Below, piece after piece: positions 52,329 to 62,244 of a stretch of 64,000 nucleotides of DNA. Position 1 is the first letter of the stretch. Each line of letters starts with the position of its first letter. Both the position numbers and the translations under genes were made by a program. This DNA is from Salinispira sp. (lineage in GTDB: Bacteria > Spirochaetota > Spirochaetia > DSM-27196 > Salinispiraceae), in contig CBDDDG010000021.1 of the NCBI GenBank assembly GCA_965226555.1, forward strand, positions 1-64,000. The letters run 5' to 3'. Below the pieces are notes generated by a model, which saw only the letters and a list, made by a program, of their open reading frames with translations, was not told the DNA's origin and did not search any database.

Positions 52329-53273
52329 ATGCAGAAGGCTGTATATGGTTCTTTTCTTATATTGTTTGCCTTCCTATTCCCCATTCAGGCTGCAGGGAAT
52401 GAAGTTGAACTCTTTATTCATGTACATAATCAGCACATTTACTTCCCGGGCGATTCTGTTTTTATCCGTATAACAATACAGAATAACAGCCCCGATGTAT
52501 ATCGCTTCAATTTATCGGATGAGCGTCTGTTTAATATCGATTTCGATGCGCGGAATGTGGATAATCTGGAAGCTGATCCTGCCGCGGAACTCATCATGGC
52601 TGAATCGAATGCCCGCCGGATATTTTACCGTGGACTTGAAATTCTGCCCGGAGAAGAATTTTCGTTTATTGAGGATATCGCTGCCTACCGCGTGCTCAAA
52701 GAGGGACTGTATATCATTCATGCCCGTTTTTATCCCGAATTTCGGGGAATAGAGGGGCAGAATGTTCTTGTGTCGAATAATCTGACTGTGTCGATCAGGG
52801 AAGGTTTCCGCCGCGCTGAAGCCTCCCTTATCAAGGCAGATGAACTCGTCAGCGATGAAATGAGACGAGCGGCTCTCCCCCCGGATGAAGTCGTATCCTA
52901 TACTCTCGAGGCCCGCATGCATTCACGAGCCGAACAATTTCTTCAGTATCTTGATACTGCGCGCTTATATGCGGCCAGACAACAGCGCAGAGAACAGTTT
53001 CTCCGCCTTTCCGCATTCAGGCAGCAGGAAGTGCTCCGAGATTATGAGCAGGAACTTCTCAATAATGAGACAGATGAAGGTATCAGCCTTATTCCGAACG
53101 AGTACCGCATCCTCCAGACAACATATAGGCAGAGTATGGGAACTGTCATCGTTGAGCAGCGTTATGATGAAGGCAGCTATGTGGAAGTGAAGCGTTTTAC
53201 CTATGATCTGGAAAGACGCGACGGTATCTGGTATATTGTCCGTTATCAAGTTGTTAACCTAGGAACAGAATAA
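52329..53273 (+). CDS. Exported hypothetical protein
   Basis: Signal peptide ending AAG; 314-aa ORF coupled to the next gene. Confidence 0.8.
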   Translation: MQKAVYGSFLILFAFLFPIQAAGNEVELFIHVHNQHIYFPGDSVFIRITIQNNSPDVYRFNLSDERLFNIDFDARNVDNLEADPAAELIMAESNARRIFYRGLEILPGEEFSFIEDIAAYRVLKEGLYIIHARFYPEFRGIEGQNVLVSNNLTVSIREGFRRAEASLIKADELVSDEMRRAALPPDEVVSYTLEARMHSRAEQFLQYLDTARLYAARQQRREQFLRLSAFRQQEVLRDYEQELLNNETDEGISLIPNEYRILQTTYRQSMGTVIVEQRYDEGSYVEVKRFTYDLERRDGIWYIVRYQVVNLGTE

Positions 53274-53938
53274 TGAGAATTATGCTGATAAGCCCGGAAC
53301 CTTCCGATTATACAAAACTAATCACTGCCAGTGAGGATAGTGAGTGGAATGTTTTTCGCTATGCTCAACCCCTCAAGGCTCTTGATAATCTTGATGAGAT
53401 TTCTCCCGACCTGTTCATTTGGAATGTTACGAGTTTTCCCCGGCACTGGAAAATACTTGCCTCTTTTTATGCAATATCATTTTCTACGGAACTGCGGCTC
53501 ATACTTTTCTCGGAAGATGGAGAGATTGCTCAGGAGGAAGGAGAAAAAGCGGATGCCTTAGGAATTATCGGGATTATCCGGGATGGTCTGACGAGGAGGA
53601 AGGTTGAGGATATTATTGGAACAGCAGACCCTTCAGAGTCGCAGGAACATGATAATTCCCTTTTGACAATGACGCATCCCGGGAATTTCAGCATCATCCA
53701 TGGAAAAATTCGTGAATTCAGAGCAGATAGTATTGTATTCGGCGCGCAGAAAAAAATATCAGAATTTCCTATCGGGACAGTTTTTGCCGGAAGCCATATC
53801 CGGGTTCATGATACACGGATTAATCTTGACCTGATCCTCCAACAACACTCAGATGATACCTGCATACTGGCTATTCAGAGCGGTCAGGAAGAATACCGCG
53901 CTCTTTTTGAAACACTCCGCAGCACGGTGTTGCTGTAA
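53273..53938 (+). CDS. Hypothetical protein with receiver-like N-terminus
   Basis: PLKALDNLDEISPD..FPRHWK; C-terminal beta domain possibly a degenerate PilZ (inference). Confidence 0.7.
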   Translation: MRIMLISPEPSDYTKLITASEDSEWNVFRYAQPLKALDNLDEISPDLFIWNVTSFPRHWKILASFYAISFSTELRLILFSEDGEIAQEEGEKADALGIIGIIRDGLTRRKVEDIIGTADPSESQEHDNSLLTMTHPGNFSIIHGKIREFRADSIVFGAQKKISEFPIGTVFAGSHIRVHDTRINLDLILQQHSDDTCILAIQSGQEEYRALFETLRSTVLL

Positions 53939-54083
53939 AACGGTGAATTCAACCATAAGTGCAACACCTTCCTGCCCACTCATCCCGACTCCCCAAAAAA
54001 ATCACAACATTCTTTCAAATCCTTTCCAAAAAACACAATTAAAAATGACAGTTCTTCCGTTACAGATATAGCAGAAGGTATGT

Positions 54084-54356
54084 ATGAGTAATTCCGGATA
54101 CAATATACATGATATTGCTTTTAAGACAAAGTTTTGCATTGAGCACAAAAGCATGTCCCAAGATATACATACACACATACCGGAAAAATTGTACACAATG
54201 ATGGAAAAATACCTTGCGATGCCAAAGGTTCTCAATAGGCCTGTGATGGTCGATTTGAATAGGATGAGCGAGGAGGAGTTTACCCGGGGGTCAGACGGAG
54301 TTGCACGCCTGCTCGCCATGCGGCGGGGTCGGCTCAAACCTTTAGGTGATGTATAA
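54084..54356 (+). CDS. Possible small hypothetical protein
   Basis: 90-aa ORF filling an intergenic gap; no recognisable motif. Confidence 0.3.
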   Translation: MSNSGYNIHDIAFKTKFCIEHKSMSQDIHTHIPEKLYTMMEKYLAMPKVLNRPVMVDLNRMSEEEFTRGSDGVARLLAMRRGRLKPLGDV

Positions 54357-54426
54357 TGTACTGAGATAAGGGTACTATAGTACATCAAAAAAATATTATA
54401 GAGTATGCTTATATGAGGATGGACAG

Positions 54427-55272
54427 GTGAACACAAATAGGGTTGTATTTCAGAGCGATTTTGGACTTGTCGATGGAGCTGTTGCTGCCATGTACGGGGT
54501 GGCAAGTGAAGTATCGCCGGAGTTAAAACTCTACGACCTCACGCATGAGATTCCTCAGTTCAATATTCGGGAAGCTTCGTACCGGCTTATTCAGACAATA
54601 TCGTACTGGGCGAAGGGAACAGTGTTTGTGTCGGTGGTTGACCCTGGTGTCGGTACCCAGCGGAAGAGTGTGGTAGCCCTCACTGAGTCGGGGCATTATA
54701 TTGTTACCCCCGACAATGGAACCCTTACCCATGTACGGGAGAAAATTGGCATTCGCGAGCTTCGCGAAATTGAAGAATCGGTGAACCGCCTAGCAAATTC
54801 GGAGCATTCCTACACCTTCCATGGCAGAGATGTCTATGCCTATACCGGAGCCCGTCTTGCCGCTGGTGTTATAAGCATGGCGGAAGTTGGAAGAGAACTC
54901 CCTGTGAGCGAAATCATTTCTCTTCCAAGCGAACCTGCCCGCATGGCGCAAAACACAATCAACGCGAATATCGACATTCTCGATACCCGCTACGGAAGCC
55001 TGTGGACAAATGCGTCCCGGGATCTTTTCGGAAAACTCGGCATATCCTATGGTGAATATGTGTATGTCGAAATTGCCCGGCACGGCAGGGTAGTATACGG
55101 AAATGATCTGGTCTACTGCAGATCGTTCAGCGATGTAAATATCGGCGCCTCTCTTGTGTACATTAATTCCCTTCTGAACGTTGGTATTGCGATTAATCAG
55201 GGGAATTTTGCCCGCGCTCATGATATCCATTCAGGATTCAAAATACAGTTTTCACCTTCACAGAGAAAGTAA
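54427..55272 (+). CDS. SAM hydroxide adenosyltransferase (DUF62, chlorinase/fluorinase family)
   Basis: QSDFGL.DGAV.AM.GV, VSVVDPGVGT.R, PDNG.L, TFHGRDVYA. Confidence 0.93.
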   Translation: MNTNRVVFQSDFGLVDGAVAAMYGVASEVSPELKLYDLTHEIPQFNIREASYRLIQTISYWAKGTVFVSVVDPGVGTQRKSVVALTESGHYIVTPDNGTLTHVREKIGIRELREIEESVNRLANSEHSYTFHGRDVYAYTGARLAAGVISMAEVGRELPVSEIISLPSEPARMAQNTINANIDILDTRYGSLWTNASRDLFGKLGISYGEYVYVEIARHGRVVYGNDLVYCRSFSDVNIGASLVYINSLLNVGIAINQGNFARAHDIHSGFKIQFSPSQRK

Positions 55273-55521
55273 ACGGCGGTCGGTACTTGTCAGAATGATA
55301 TTAACTTAAGGATGTCAGAAATGAAAAATTTAGTAGCGATATTGAATTCTTTTTTGAGTCAGAAGATTCTGGAAGTCCATGAAATTTTAATTTTGATCGG
55401 AAGTTTTGTGCTTGACAAGGTTCCCGCTTCATAGGTAAAGTAATGTTGCTCCCGAAGGGGATGTCACGCATTGCGAACATTGCGTGTCGTACAGAAAACT
55501 ATAATTTCAGGAGGAATTATT

Positions 55522-55902
55522 ATGGAAACAAGTTCAAAAAGCACATGGGTCTATACCCTGCTTTTGATATTTTTGGGAATATTTGGCGCCCACCGATTTT
55601 ATGTTGGTAAAAAAGGATCGGGCAGCATATATTTGCTTGTCTGGGGGGTATCATTTCTCGGTTTATTCCCGGTGACAATCGGATTAATTGTTAGCGTTTC
55701 GCTAGGAGTTGCAGTGCTATTAGATTTGTTCCAGCTTGGATTTGGCGATCCGAAAGATGGGAGCGGTTGCGCTCTGGAACAGGTTCGGGGCGCCAGAATA
55801 CTGGCGGCTGTTTTGGGCGTTGTGGGGGTCATTGGCCTCATTTTTGGAGCAACCACCCTTGGACGCTTCTTCTCAGCATCCGAATTCAATCATTTGTTTT
55901 AA
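55522..55902 (+). CDS. TM2-domain membrane protein
   Basis: KS......LLIFLGIFGAHRFYVGK.GSG.IYL; AGGAGG RBS. Confidence 0.88.
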   Translation: METSSKSTWVYTLLLIFLGIFGAHRFYVGKKGSGSIYLLVWGVSFLGLFPVTIGLIVSVSLGVAVLLDLFQLGFGDPKDGSGCALEQVRGARILAAVLGVVGVIGLIFGATTLGRFFSASEFNHLF

Positions 55903-55986
55903 CAAACGATATATTTTATAGAAAGTTTTGTAAAATGCAAATATAAAATAGGAGAATGCTAAGTACAGAGAAAGCATTTCGAATCT

Positions 55987-56040
55987 GAAACTTTTACTAC
56001 TGGAAATTGTGCAGGCACAATTTTCCAATGCAAAAGTTTC
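55987..56040. repeat. REP-like palindrome, long form
   Basis: GAAACTTTT..TACTGGAAATTGTGC-AG-GCACAATTTTCCAATGCAAAAGTTTC. Confidence 0.75.
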
Positions 56041-56066
56041 TCTTATATTTATTCAGGAGGCAAGAA

Positions 56067-56615
56067 ATGAAGAAATTTTCTGCCAAAACTATCGTCATAA
56101 TCGCCATTGGCGCTGCCCTTTACGGTATCGGCAGCCTGATCAACATTCCGGTTTTTACCGGAACAAGTCTGCGTCCGGCTGTCGCAATACTCGCTGCATT
56201 TGCGGCGCTCTTCGGCCCCATCGTTGGTTTGCTCGTCGGTCTCATTGGTCATCTTCTTACTGATATTTTCGGAGGATTGGGAATCTGGCTTACATGGGTG
56301 CTCGGTTCGGGTATTGTCGGCGCCATTATCGGTTTCTTCGGTAAGATCACATCGGATAATCTGGAAAAAGGCGAATTTCCAGAGAAGGATGTTGCCATTT
56401 TCATTCTTCTCGGGCTTGTTGCGAACTTTCTGGGCTACAGTGTCTCGGCTTTTCTGGATTTTATTATATTTGCGGAACCGGCGAATAAGGTACTCATTCA
56501 GCATCTCATCGCATCACTGTCAAACACTTTCATGATTGCGACAATCGGCACACTTATTCTGTTTGTTGCCGCCAAAAGAAACAAACAGGGCAGGAATCTG
56601 TCGGAAGAAAAATGA
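56067..56615 (+). CDS. ECF transporter S component (DUF1393/MtsT-like)
   Basis: [40 protein letters not shown]. Confidence 0.88.
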   Translation: MKKFSAKTIVIIAIGAALYGIGSLINIPVFTGTSLRPAVAILAAFAALFGPIVGLLVGLIGHLLTDIFGGLGIWLTWVLGSGIVGAIIGFFGKITSDNLEKGEFPEKDVAIFILLGLVANFLGYSVSAFLDFIIFAEPANKVLIQHLIASLSNTFMIATIGTLILFVAAKRNKQGRNLSEEK

Positions 56616-58420
56616 GCGCCAATGCTTTTAGCCCGTCCGGAGGGCGGGCATGCATTGAGTTCAGTAATTTTACATTCACCTATGAGGCTCAGCAGGAAGC
56701 GACCCTCCGTGATGTTTCTATAACAATACATCGTGGGGAAAAGGTTCTCATTGCCGGTCCGAGCGGCAGCGGTAAAAGTACACTTGCAGCCTGCATAAAC
56801 GGTCTTGTTCCCAATACCCTGAAAGGAAGCATAAGCGGCACACTCACCATTGCGGGCATCCGTCCTGCCGAATTCAGCATACCCGAGGTCAGCAAATTGC
56901 TTGGTACAGTTCTTCAGGATACTGATAATCAGTTTGTCGGTCTCAGTGTTGGGGAGGATATTGCCTTCGCTCTGGAAAATGATGTGGTACCGCAGGCTGA
57001 AATGCGGGCTATTGTCGCGCGCGTTGCCGCCATGGTGGACATGGATTCCTTCATTACGCGTTCGCCCTTTGAGCTGAGCGGGGGGCAGAAACAGCGGGTA
57101 TCGCTTGCAGGCATTTTGGTTGATGATGTCGACATTCTGCTCTTCGATGAACCTCTTGCCAACCTCGATCCCCGTACCGGAAAGCGTACTATTGAGCTCA
57201 TCGATGACATTCATAAAAAAACCGGAAAGACCATCATTATCATTGAGCACAGAATTGAAGATGTGCTCCACCGTCCCCTCGACCGCATCCTGCTCATGAA
57301 GAAGGGCAGGATAATTGCCGATGACAGCCCCGATAATCTGCTTGCTTCCTCAGTTCTTCAGGAAAATGGTCTGCGGGAACCGCTTTTTCTCACTGCTCTG
57401 AGGTTCTCAGGCTGTACGGTTACGCAGACCGACAGACCTGCCTCACTCGAAACCCTGGATCTGAACCCATTCCGCAACAGGCTGCTGAAGTGGTTTTCCG
57501 CAGGCGCAGCGCCCCCTGCGGGAAGAGCCGGAACAGGGGAGCCCATCCTTGAGGTGGAAGGAATTGAACATTCCTACGATGGCGAGCAGAAGGTGATTGC
57601 CGACATAAGCTTTTCCGTCCGCCGCGGAGAAATTATCTCACTCATCGGAAAAAATGGCGCTGGTAAGTCAACACTTTCCCAGATCATCATGGGAGGATTA
57701 GTCCCTGATGCCGGATCCATTTCCTTCCTGGGGGAGAATCTGCTCACAAAGAGCGCTTCAGAACGAAGTGGACATATCGGCTTTGTCATGCAGAACCCGA
57801 ATCATATGATTTCCCACAACCTCGTATGCGAGGAGGTCGCCTTTGGTCTTCGGCTCAGGGGATTTCCCGAGGAAGATATCCGGCAAAAAACCAATGAAAT
57901 TCTAAAGCTTTGTAACCTCTACACCATGAGAAACTGGCCCATCCATGTGCTGAGCTACGGGCAGAAAAAACGGGTAACCATTGCCTCCATTCTCGTCATG
58001 GGCGCGGAACTGATCATTCTCGATGAACCGACCGCCGGTCAGGATTACCGTAACTACACCGCTATCATGGAATTTCTTATATCCCTCAACAGTTCCCTCA
58101 GTATTACGATTATTCTTGTTACCCATGATATGCATCTTGCGCTCGAATACAGTAGCCGCGCCCTCGTCCTCTCCGATGGCGAACTTATATGCGATGATAA
58201 CATCGCAAAGGTTTTTTCCAATATCCAGGTTATTGAACGCGCCAACCTGAAGCTCTCCAGCCTCTACGAACTTGCTCTGAAGCTGGACATTGAAAGCCCC
58301 GAAAAATTTATTGACCGCTTTATCCGCAGCGAAAAGCCCAGCGACCAGATCGCCCGTCCCGACCATCAGCCCAGCGACCAGATCGCCCGTCCCGACCATC
58401 AGCCCAGCGAAAAGGAGTAG
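56612..58420 (+). CDS. ECF transporter duplicated ATPase
   Basis: Two ABC cassettes: [20 protein letters not shown] and [20 protein letters not shown]. Confidence 0.93.
   Translation: MSANAFSPSGGRACIEFSNFTFTYEAQQEATLRDVSITIHRGEKVLIAGPSGSGKSTLAACINGLVPNTLKGSISGTLTIAGIRPAEFSIPEVSKLLGTVLQDTDNQFVGLSVGEDIAFALENDVVPQAEMRAIVARVAAMVDMDSFITRSPFELSGGQKQRVSLAGILVDDVDILLFDEPLANLDPRTGKRTIELIDDIHKKTGKTIIIIEHRIEDVLHRPLDRILLMKKGRIIADDSPDNLLASSVLQENGLREPLFLTALRFSGCTVTQTDRPASLETLDLNPFRNRLLKWFSAGAAPPAGRAGTGEPILEVEGIEHSYDGEQKVIADISFSVRRGEIISLIGKNGAGKSTLSQIIMGGLVPDAGSISFLGENLLTKSASERSGHIGFVMQNPNHMISHNLVCEEVAFGLRLRGFPEEDIRQKTNEILKLCNLYTMRNWPIHVLSYGQKKRVTIASILVMGAELIILDEPTAGQDYRNYTAIMEFLISLNSSLSITIILVTHDMHLALEYSSRALVLSDGELICDDNIAKVFSNIQVIERANLKLSSLYELALKLDIESPEKFIDRFIRSEKPSDQIARPDHQPSDQIARPDHQPSEKE
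58335..58410. repeat. 33-bp exact tandem repeat x2.3 at the ATPase C-terminus
   Basis: AGCCCAGCGACCAGATCGCCCGTCCCGACCATC repeated; encodes [11 protein letters not shown]. Confidence 0.95.
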
Positions 58421-58423
58421 ATT

Positions 58424-59266
58424 GTGGACAGCAGTAAAATTGGATTCAGATTGAGTTATCTTGAAACCGGGTCATTTTTTCACCGCTTGAGCGGAGTGAG
58501 CAAGCTGATATTGTTCATCTATTGGATATTCCTCACCCTGCTTTCCTTTGATCTGCGCATTCTCGTTGCCATGCTCATTATGGTGTATTGCTTTCTTGCT
58601 CTGTCCCGCGTTCCCTTCCGGGTCTACCGTCCCTTTGTGCTGATACTTCTTGTGTTTGTCCTGTTTAATGCCGGTGTCATTTTCCTCTTTGCTCCCGATC
58701 AGGGCGATATATATATTGGAAGCCGCACGGTGCTGCTTGAGCTGAACGGGCGCTACGACATTACCCGGGAAACGCTCGTGTACCTGGCCGTTGTCGTGTG
58801 TAAATATATTACTGTTCTGCCCATGGCGCTGCTCTTTATTTTCAGTACGCACCCAACAGAATTTTCAGCGAGCCTTGCCAGCGTTGGTGTTCCCTACCGT
58901 TTTTCCTATGTTGTGAGCCTGACTCTCCGGTATCTGCCGGAGATAACGAAGGACTTTCGGAACATTCTCCAGTCGCAACAGGCTCGGGGAGTTGAAATTG
59001 GCAGGAAGACCGCCTTTTTCAGAAGGATATCGAACATAGGAAGAATTCTCATCCCGCTCATATTTTCCAGCCTCGACAGGGCAGAAAGTATTTCCAATGC
59101 CATGGAACTTCGCGGTTTTGGAAAGTTTGAGAAGCGCAGCTGGTATAACTACCGCGCTCTTTCATGGCGGGACATTCTGGCCTTTGCGCTTATGGCAGCC
59201 TGGCTCGTTTTGTACATTGTTCTCCGCCTCCGCCTCAATGGCATGTTCTGGTATCCCTTTACATGA
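58424..59266 (+). CDS. ECF transporter T component
   Basis: HRL....KL, LTLRYLP, QQARG, AMELRGF. Confidence 0.92.
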   Translation: MDSSKIGFRLSYLETGSFFHRLSGVSKLILFIYWIFLTLLSFDLRILVAMLIMVYCFLALSRVPFRVYRPFVLILLVFVLFNAGVIFLFAPDQGDIYIGSRTVLLELNGRYDITRETLVYLAVVVCKYITVLPMALLFIFSTHPTEFSASLASVGVPYRFSYVVSLTLRYLPEITKDFRNILQSQQARGVEIGRKTAFFRRISNIGRILIPLIFSSLDRAESISNAMELRGFGKFEKRSWYNYRALSWRDILAFALMAAWLVLYIVLRLRLNGMFWYPFT

Positions 59267-59407
59267 AGCCTCCTGCGCTACTGCCGGCAGAACCGCCAAG
59301 CCCCGCGGGGCGTGTGCAGCGTGGCGGCAGCCGTAATGCGACTGGCCGTTATTGAAGCGCCAAGCCCCGCGGGGCGTGTGCAGCCGGTCGGCAGCCTACA
59401 TGAAGCC
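59260..59407. mobile_element. 126-bp GC-rich palindromic insert flanked by an 11-bp direct repeat
   Basis: TACATGAAGCC at 59260-59270 and 59397-59407; internal 27-bp direct repeat (59294-59320, 59358-59384) containing palindrome GCCCCGCGGGGC. Confidence 0.55.
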
Positions 59408-62092
59408 GCGGAGAACGGTGTGGAGAATGCCTCCGTTTCGGTAATATTCAACCTCAACCGAGCTGTCTATGCGGCAGACGGCCGTGAATTGTGTCATTTT
59501 TCCTTCGGGATCGGGACCCTTCGCTTCTATGCCTATGCGCTGCTTGGGTTCTACCGTATCATCAATGTGTATGGTGAACAATTCATCTCCCCGGAGTTCC
59601 AGCGTTTCGGCAGATTCGCCGTGTTGGTACATGAGGGGCAGTACCCCCATTCCGATGAGATTACTGCGGTGAATCCGCTCAAAGCTCTCCGCAATGACGG
59701 CCCGCACCCCCAGCATATACACACCCTTGGCAGCCCAATCGCGGCTGGAACCCATTCCGTAGTCCTTTCCCGCGAGGACAATTGTGGGCATAGCGTTTTC
59801 ACGGTAGCGCAGGCTTGCATCGAAAATGCTCATTTCCTCGCTGTTTTTCCTGCCCGGCAGGTACACAGTGCGGCTTCCCTCTGTGCCCGGGGCAAGCTGG
59901 TTCCTCAGGCGGATATTCGCAAAGGTACCGCGGGTCATGACCTTGTCGTTGCCCCGCCTGCTTCCGTAGGAGTTAAAGTCGCTGTATTTCACGCCCATTT
60001 CCTGGAGGTAGATGCCGGCGGGGCTGTCGCGGGCAATAACGCCCGCTGGGGAAATGTGGTCGGTGGTTACTGAATCGCCCACCTTAACAAGCACTGCCGC
60101 ATCCTTTATGGGAGAAATAGTTCCTGCCGTTTTGCTCATGTTAACAAAGAAGGGCGGTTCCTGAATGTAGGTCGATTTTTCCTGCCAGTTGTACACCTCA
60201 GCGGAATTGAGCTCAATGCTGTTCCATTCGGGGTTGCTGCTTTCAATGCCCTTATAGCTTTTCTGGAAGGACTCCCTGTTCATGGCATTCTTTACAAATT
60301 CCGCAATTTCTTCATCGGAGGGCCAGATATCCCTGAGATACACAGGACCCTCTGTGCCTTCGCCTATCGGGTCGCTGTCAAGATTGATATGTACATTTCC
60401 GGCAATGGCATAGGCAACGCAGAGTGGGGGAGATGCCAGAAAATTCGCTCGGGTATCGGGGTTAATCCGTCCCTCAAAGTTTCGGTTTCCGGAAAGTACG
60501 GCAGCCGCAACTATGCCGTGTTTCTCAATTGCCCTGCTCAACTCTTCGGGAAGCGGTCCCGAGTTGCCAATGCAGGTTGTGCAGCCGTAACCGACAAGGT
60601 AGAACCCCAGTTTCTCAAGCCAGGGCATGAGGCCGGCTGTTTTCAGGTACTCGGTTACCACCACCGAACCCGGCGCGAAGCTTGTCTTTACAAAGGGCTT
60701 TGTACTCAAGCCCTTTTCAACAGCCTTCTTCGCAAGAAGACCGGCTGCCATGAGAACAGAAGGATTCGATGTGTTGGTACAGCTGGTTATGGAAGCAATA
60801 ACAACATCACCGTGCCTGAGTTCCATGTCTGTACCGTTCATGCTGAAGGCTGCCCGCGCATCGGGGTCTGCCTGTTCAAAGCCTCCGGACTTTATGGGGG
60901 CTGTGAGCAGATGCCGGAATTTTGAGGAAACATCGCTGAGCGCTATTCTATCCTGCGGACGCTTCGGCCCGGCAATGGATGGCACAATGCTGCCCAAGTC
61001 AAGTTCAAGAACCGTTTCATACAATACATCATCGCTGCTCCCGAACATTCCCTGAGAACGGCAGTACTTTTCAACCAATTCGAGGAGCTCCTCATCGCGG
61101 CCGGTGGCATACATGTATTCGAGGGTCTTGTTGTCAACGGGGAAGAAGCCCGCTGTTGCTCCATATTCAGGAGCCATATTTGCTAAGGTTGCCCGATCGG
61201 GCACAGTGAGGGAGTTTATTCCCGGGCCGGAGTACTCAACAATCTTCCCAACAACTCCCTGAGCCCGCAGGAGCTCGGTTACCCGCAGAACAAGATCGGT
61301 GGCCGTTGCCCCCTTCGGAAGATGTCCGCTCAATCGCATGCCGACAACAGGGGGCACCAGCATGTAGATGGGCTGTCCCAGCATGGCAGCCTCCGCTTCA
61401 ATACCGCCGACACCCCAGCCGAGTATGCCGAGGCCGTTAATCATTGTTGTGTGGCTGTCGGTTCCGACAAGGGTGTCGAAGAAGGCATAATCGGTTTTGC
61501 CGCTGGTTTTTTCCTGAACCACCTTCCCGAGATATTCCAGATTTACCTGATGACAAATTCCGCTGGCAGGCGGAACCACATGAAAGTTCTCAAAAGCTCC
61601 CTGTCCCCAGCGGAGAAATTCATAGCGTTCCTTGTTTCGTTCAAATTCTCTCTCTGCGTTTTTCCTGAAGGCCTCGGAAGTGGCGAAGAAATCGATGCTC
61701 ACTGAATGATCGATAATGAGATTCACCGGAAGCTGCGGATTTATTCGGGATGGATCGCCCTTCATTCTCTGCATGGCCGAACGCAGAGCGGCAAGATCCA
61801 CCACGCAGGGAACGCCGGTGAAATCCTGAAGGAGCACCCGCGCAGGGGTGAAGGGTATTTCAATGTCTGAGGGTTTTTCAGGATTGTAGGAAAGGAAATG
61901 TGTGAGATGCTCGCGGGTAACTTCTTTTCCGTTAATGTTGCGCAGTACCGATTCAAGTAAAACACGGATACTGTAGGGAAAACGGGAAATGCGCGGATAC
62001 TCCTTTGCCAGTTCGGTGAGGGAGAAATATTTCAGGTTTCGTTTTCCGATCCTCAGATCGCGTATAACAGAAAATACATCGGAATAGGGCAT
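59396..62092 (-). CDS. acnA: Aconitate hydratase A
   Basis: RVLLQDFTGVP, DHSV, GICHQVNLE, GTDSHTTM, ITSCTNTSNP, GCTTCIGNSG, GSSRDWAAKG. Confidence 0.98.
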   Translation of the reverse strand: MPYSDVFSVIRDLRIGKRNLKYFSLTELAKEYPRISRFPYSIRVLLESVLRNINGKEVTREHLTHFLSYNPEKPSDIEIPFTPARVLLQDFTGVPCVVDLAALRSAMQRMKGDPSRINPQLPVNLIIDHSVSIDFFATSEAFRKNAEREFERNKERYEFLRWGQGAFENFHVVPPASGICHQVNLEYLGKVVQEKTSGKTDYAFFDTLVGTDSHTTMINGLGILGWGVGGIEAEAAMLGQPIYMLVPPVVGMRLSGHLPKGATATDLVLRVTELLRAQGVVGKIVEYSGPGINSLTVPDRATLANMAPEYGATAGFFPVDNKTLEYMYATGRDEELLELVEKYCRSQGMFGSSDDVLYETVLELDLGSIVPSIAGPKRPQDRIALSDVSSKFRHLLTAPIKSGGFEQADPDARAAFSMNGTDMELRHGDVVIASITSCTNTSNPSVLMAAGLLAKKAVEKGLSTKPFVKTSFAPGSVVVTEYLKTAGLMPWLEKLGFYLVGYGCTTCIGNSGPLPEELSRAIEKHGIVAAAVLSGNRNFEGRINPDTRANFLASPPLCVAYAIAGNVHINLDSDPIGEGTEGPVYLRDIWPSDEEIAEFVKNAMNRESFQKSYKGIESSNPEWNSIELNSAEVYNWQEKSTYIQEPPFFVNMSKTAGTISPIKDAAVLVKVGDSVTTDHISPAGVIARDSPAGIYLQEMGVKYSDFNSYGSRRGNDKVMTRGTFANIRLRNQLAPGTEGSRTVYLPGRKNSEEMSIFDASLRYRENAMPTIVLAGKDYGMGSSRDWAAKGVYMLGVRAVIAESFERIHRSNLIGMGVLPLMYQHGESAETLELRGDELFTIHIDDTVEPKQRIGIEAKGPDPEGKMTQFTAVCRIDSSVEVEYYRNGGILHTVLRGFM

Positions 62093-62244
62093 TGTTTACT
62101 CCTGTGGTAGGGAAATTATTCCTCATTATACCCCGTATGCGCCCTGTGGAGCAAGTAGCAGAAAGTATTTAAAGTATAAAAGTATTTATATGGGGAGATA
62201 TATATGCCGAAATAAGGAATGAGTAGTCAGGAGGACTAACATAT

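Noticed and set aside
53940..54426. SAM riboswitch upstream of the SAM-hydrolase gene
   Set aside because: No recognisable SAM-I core or terminator found by eye.
55321..55434. 37-codon ORF MKNLVAILNS...
   Set aside because: No motif; overlaps the predicted TM2 promoter and is likely chance.
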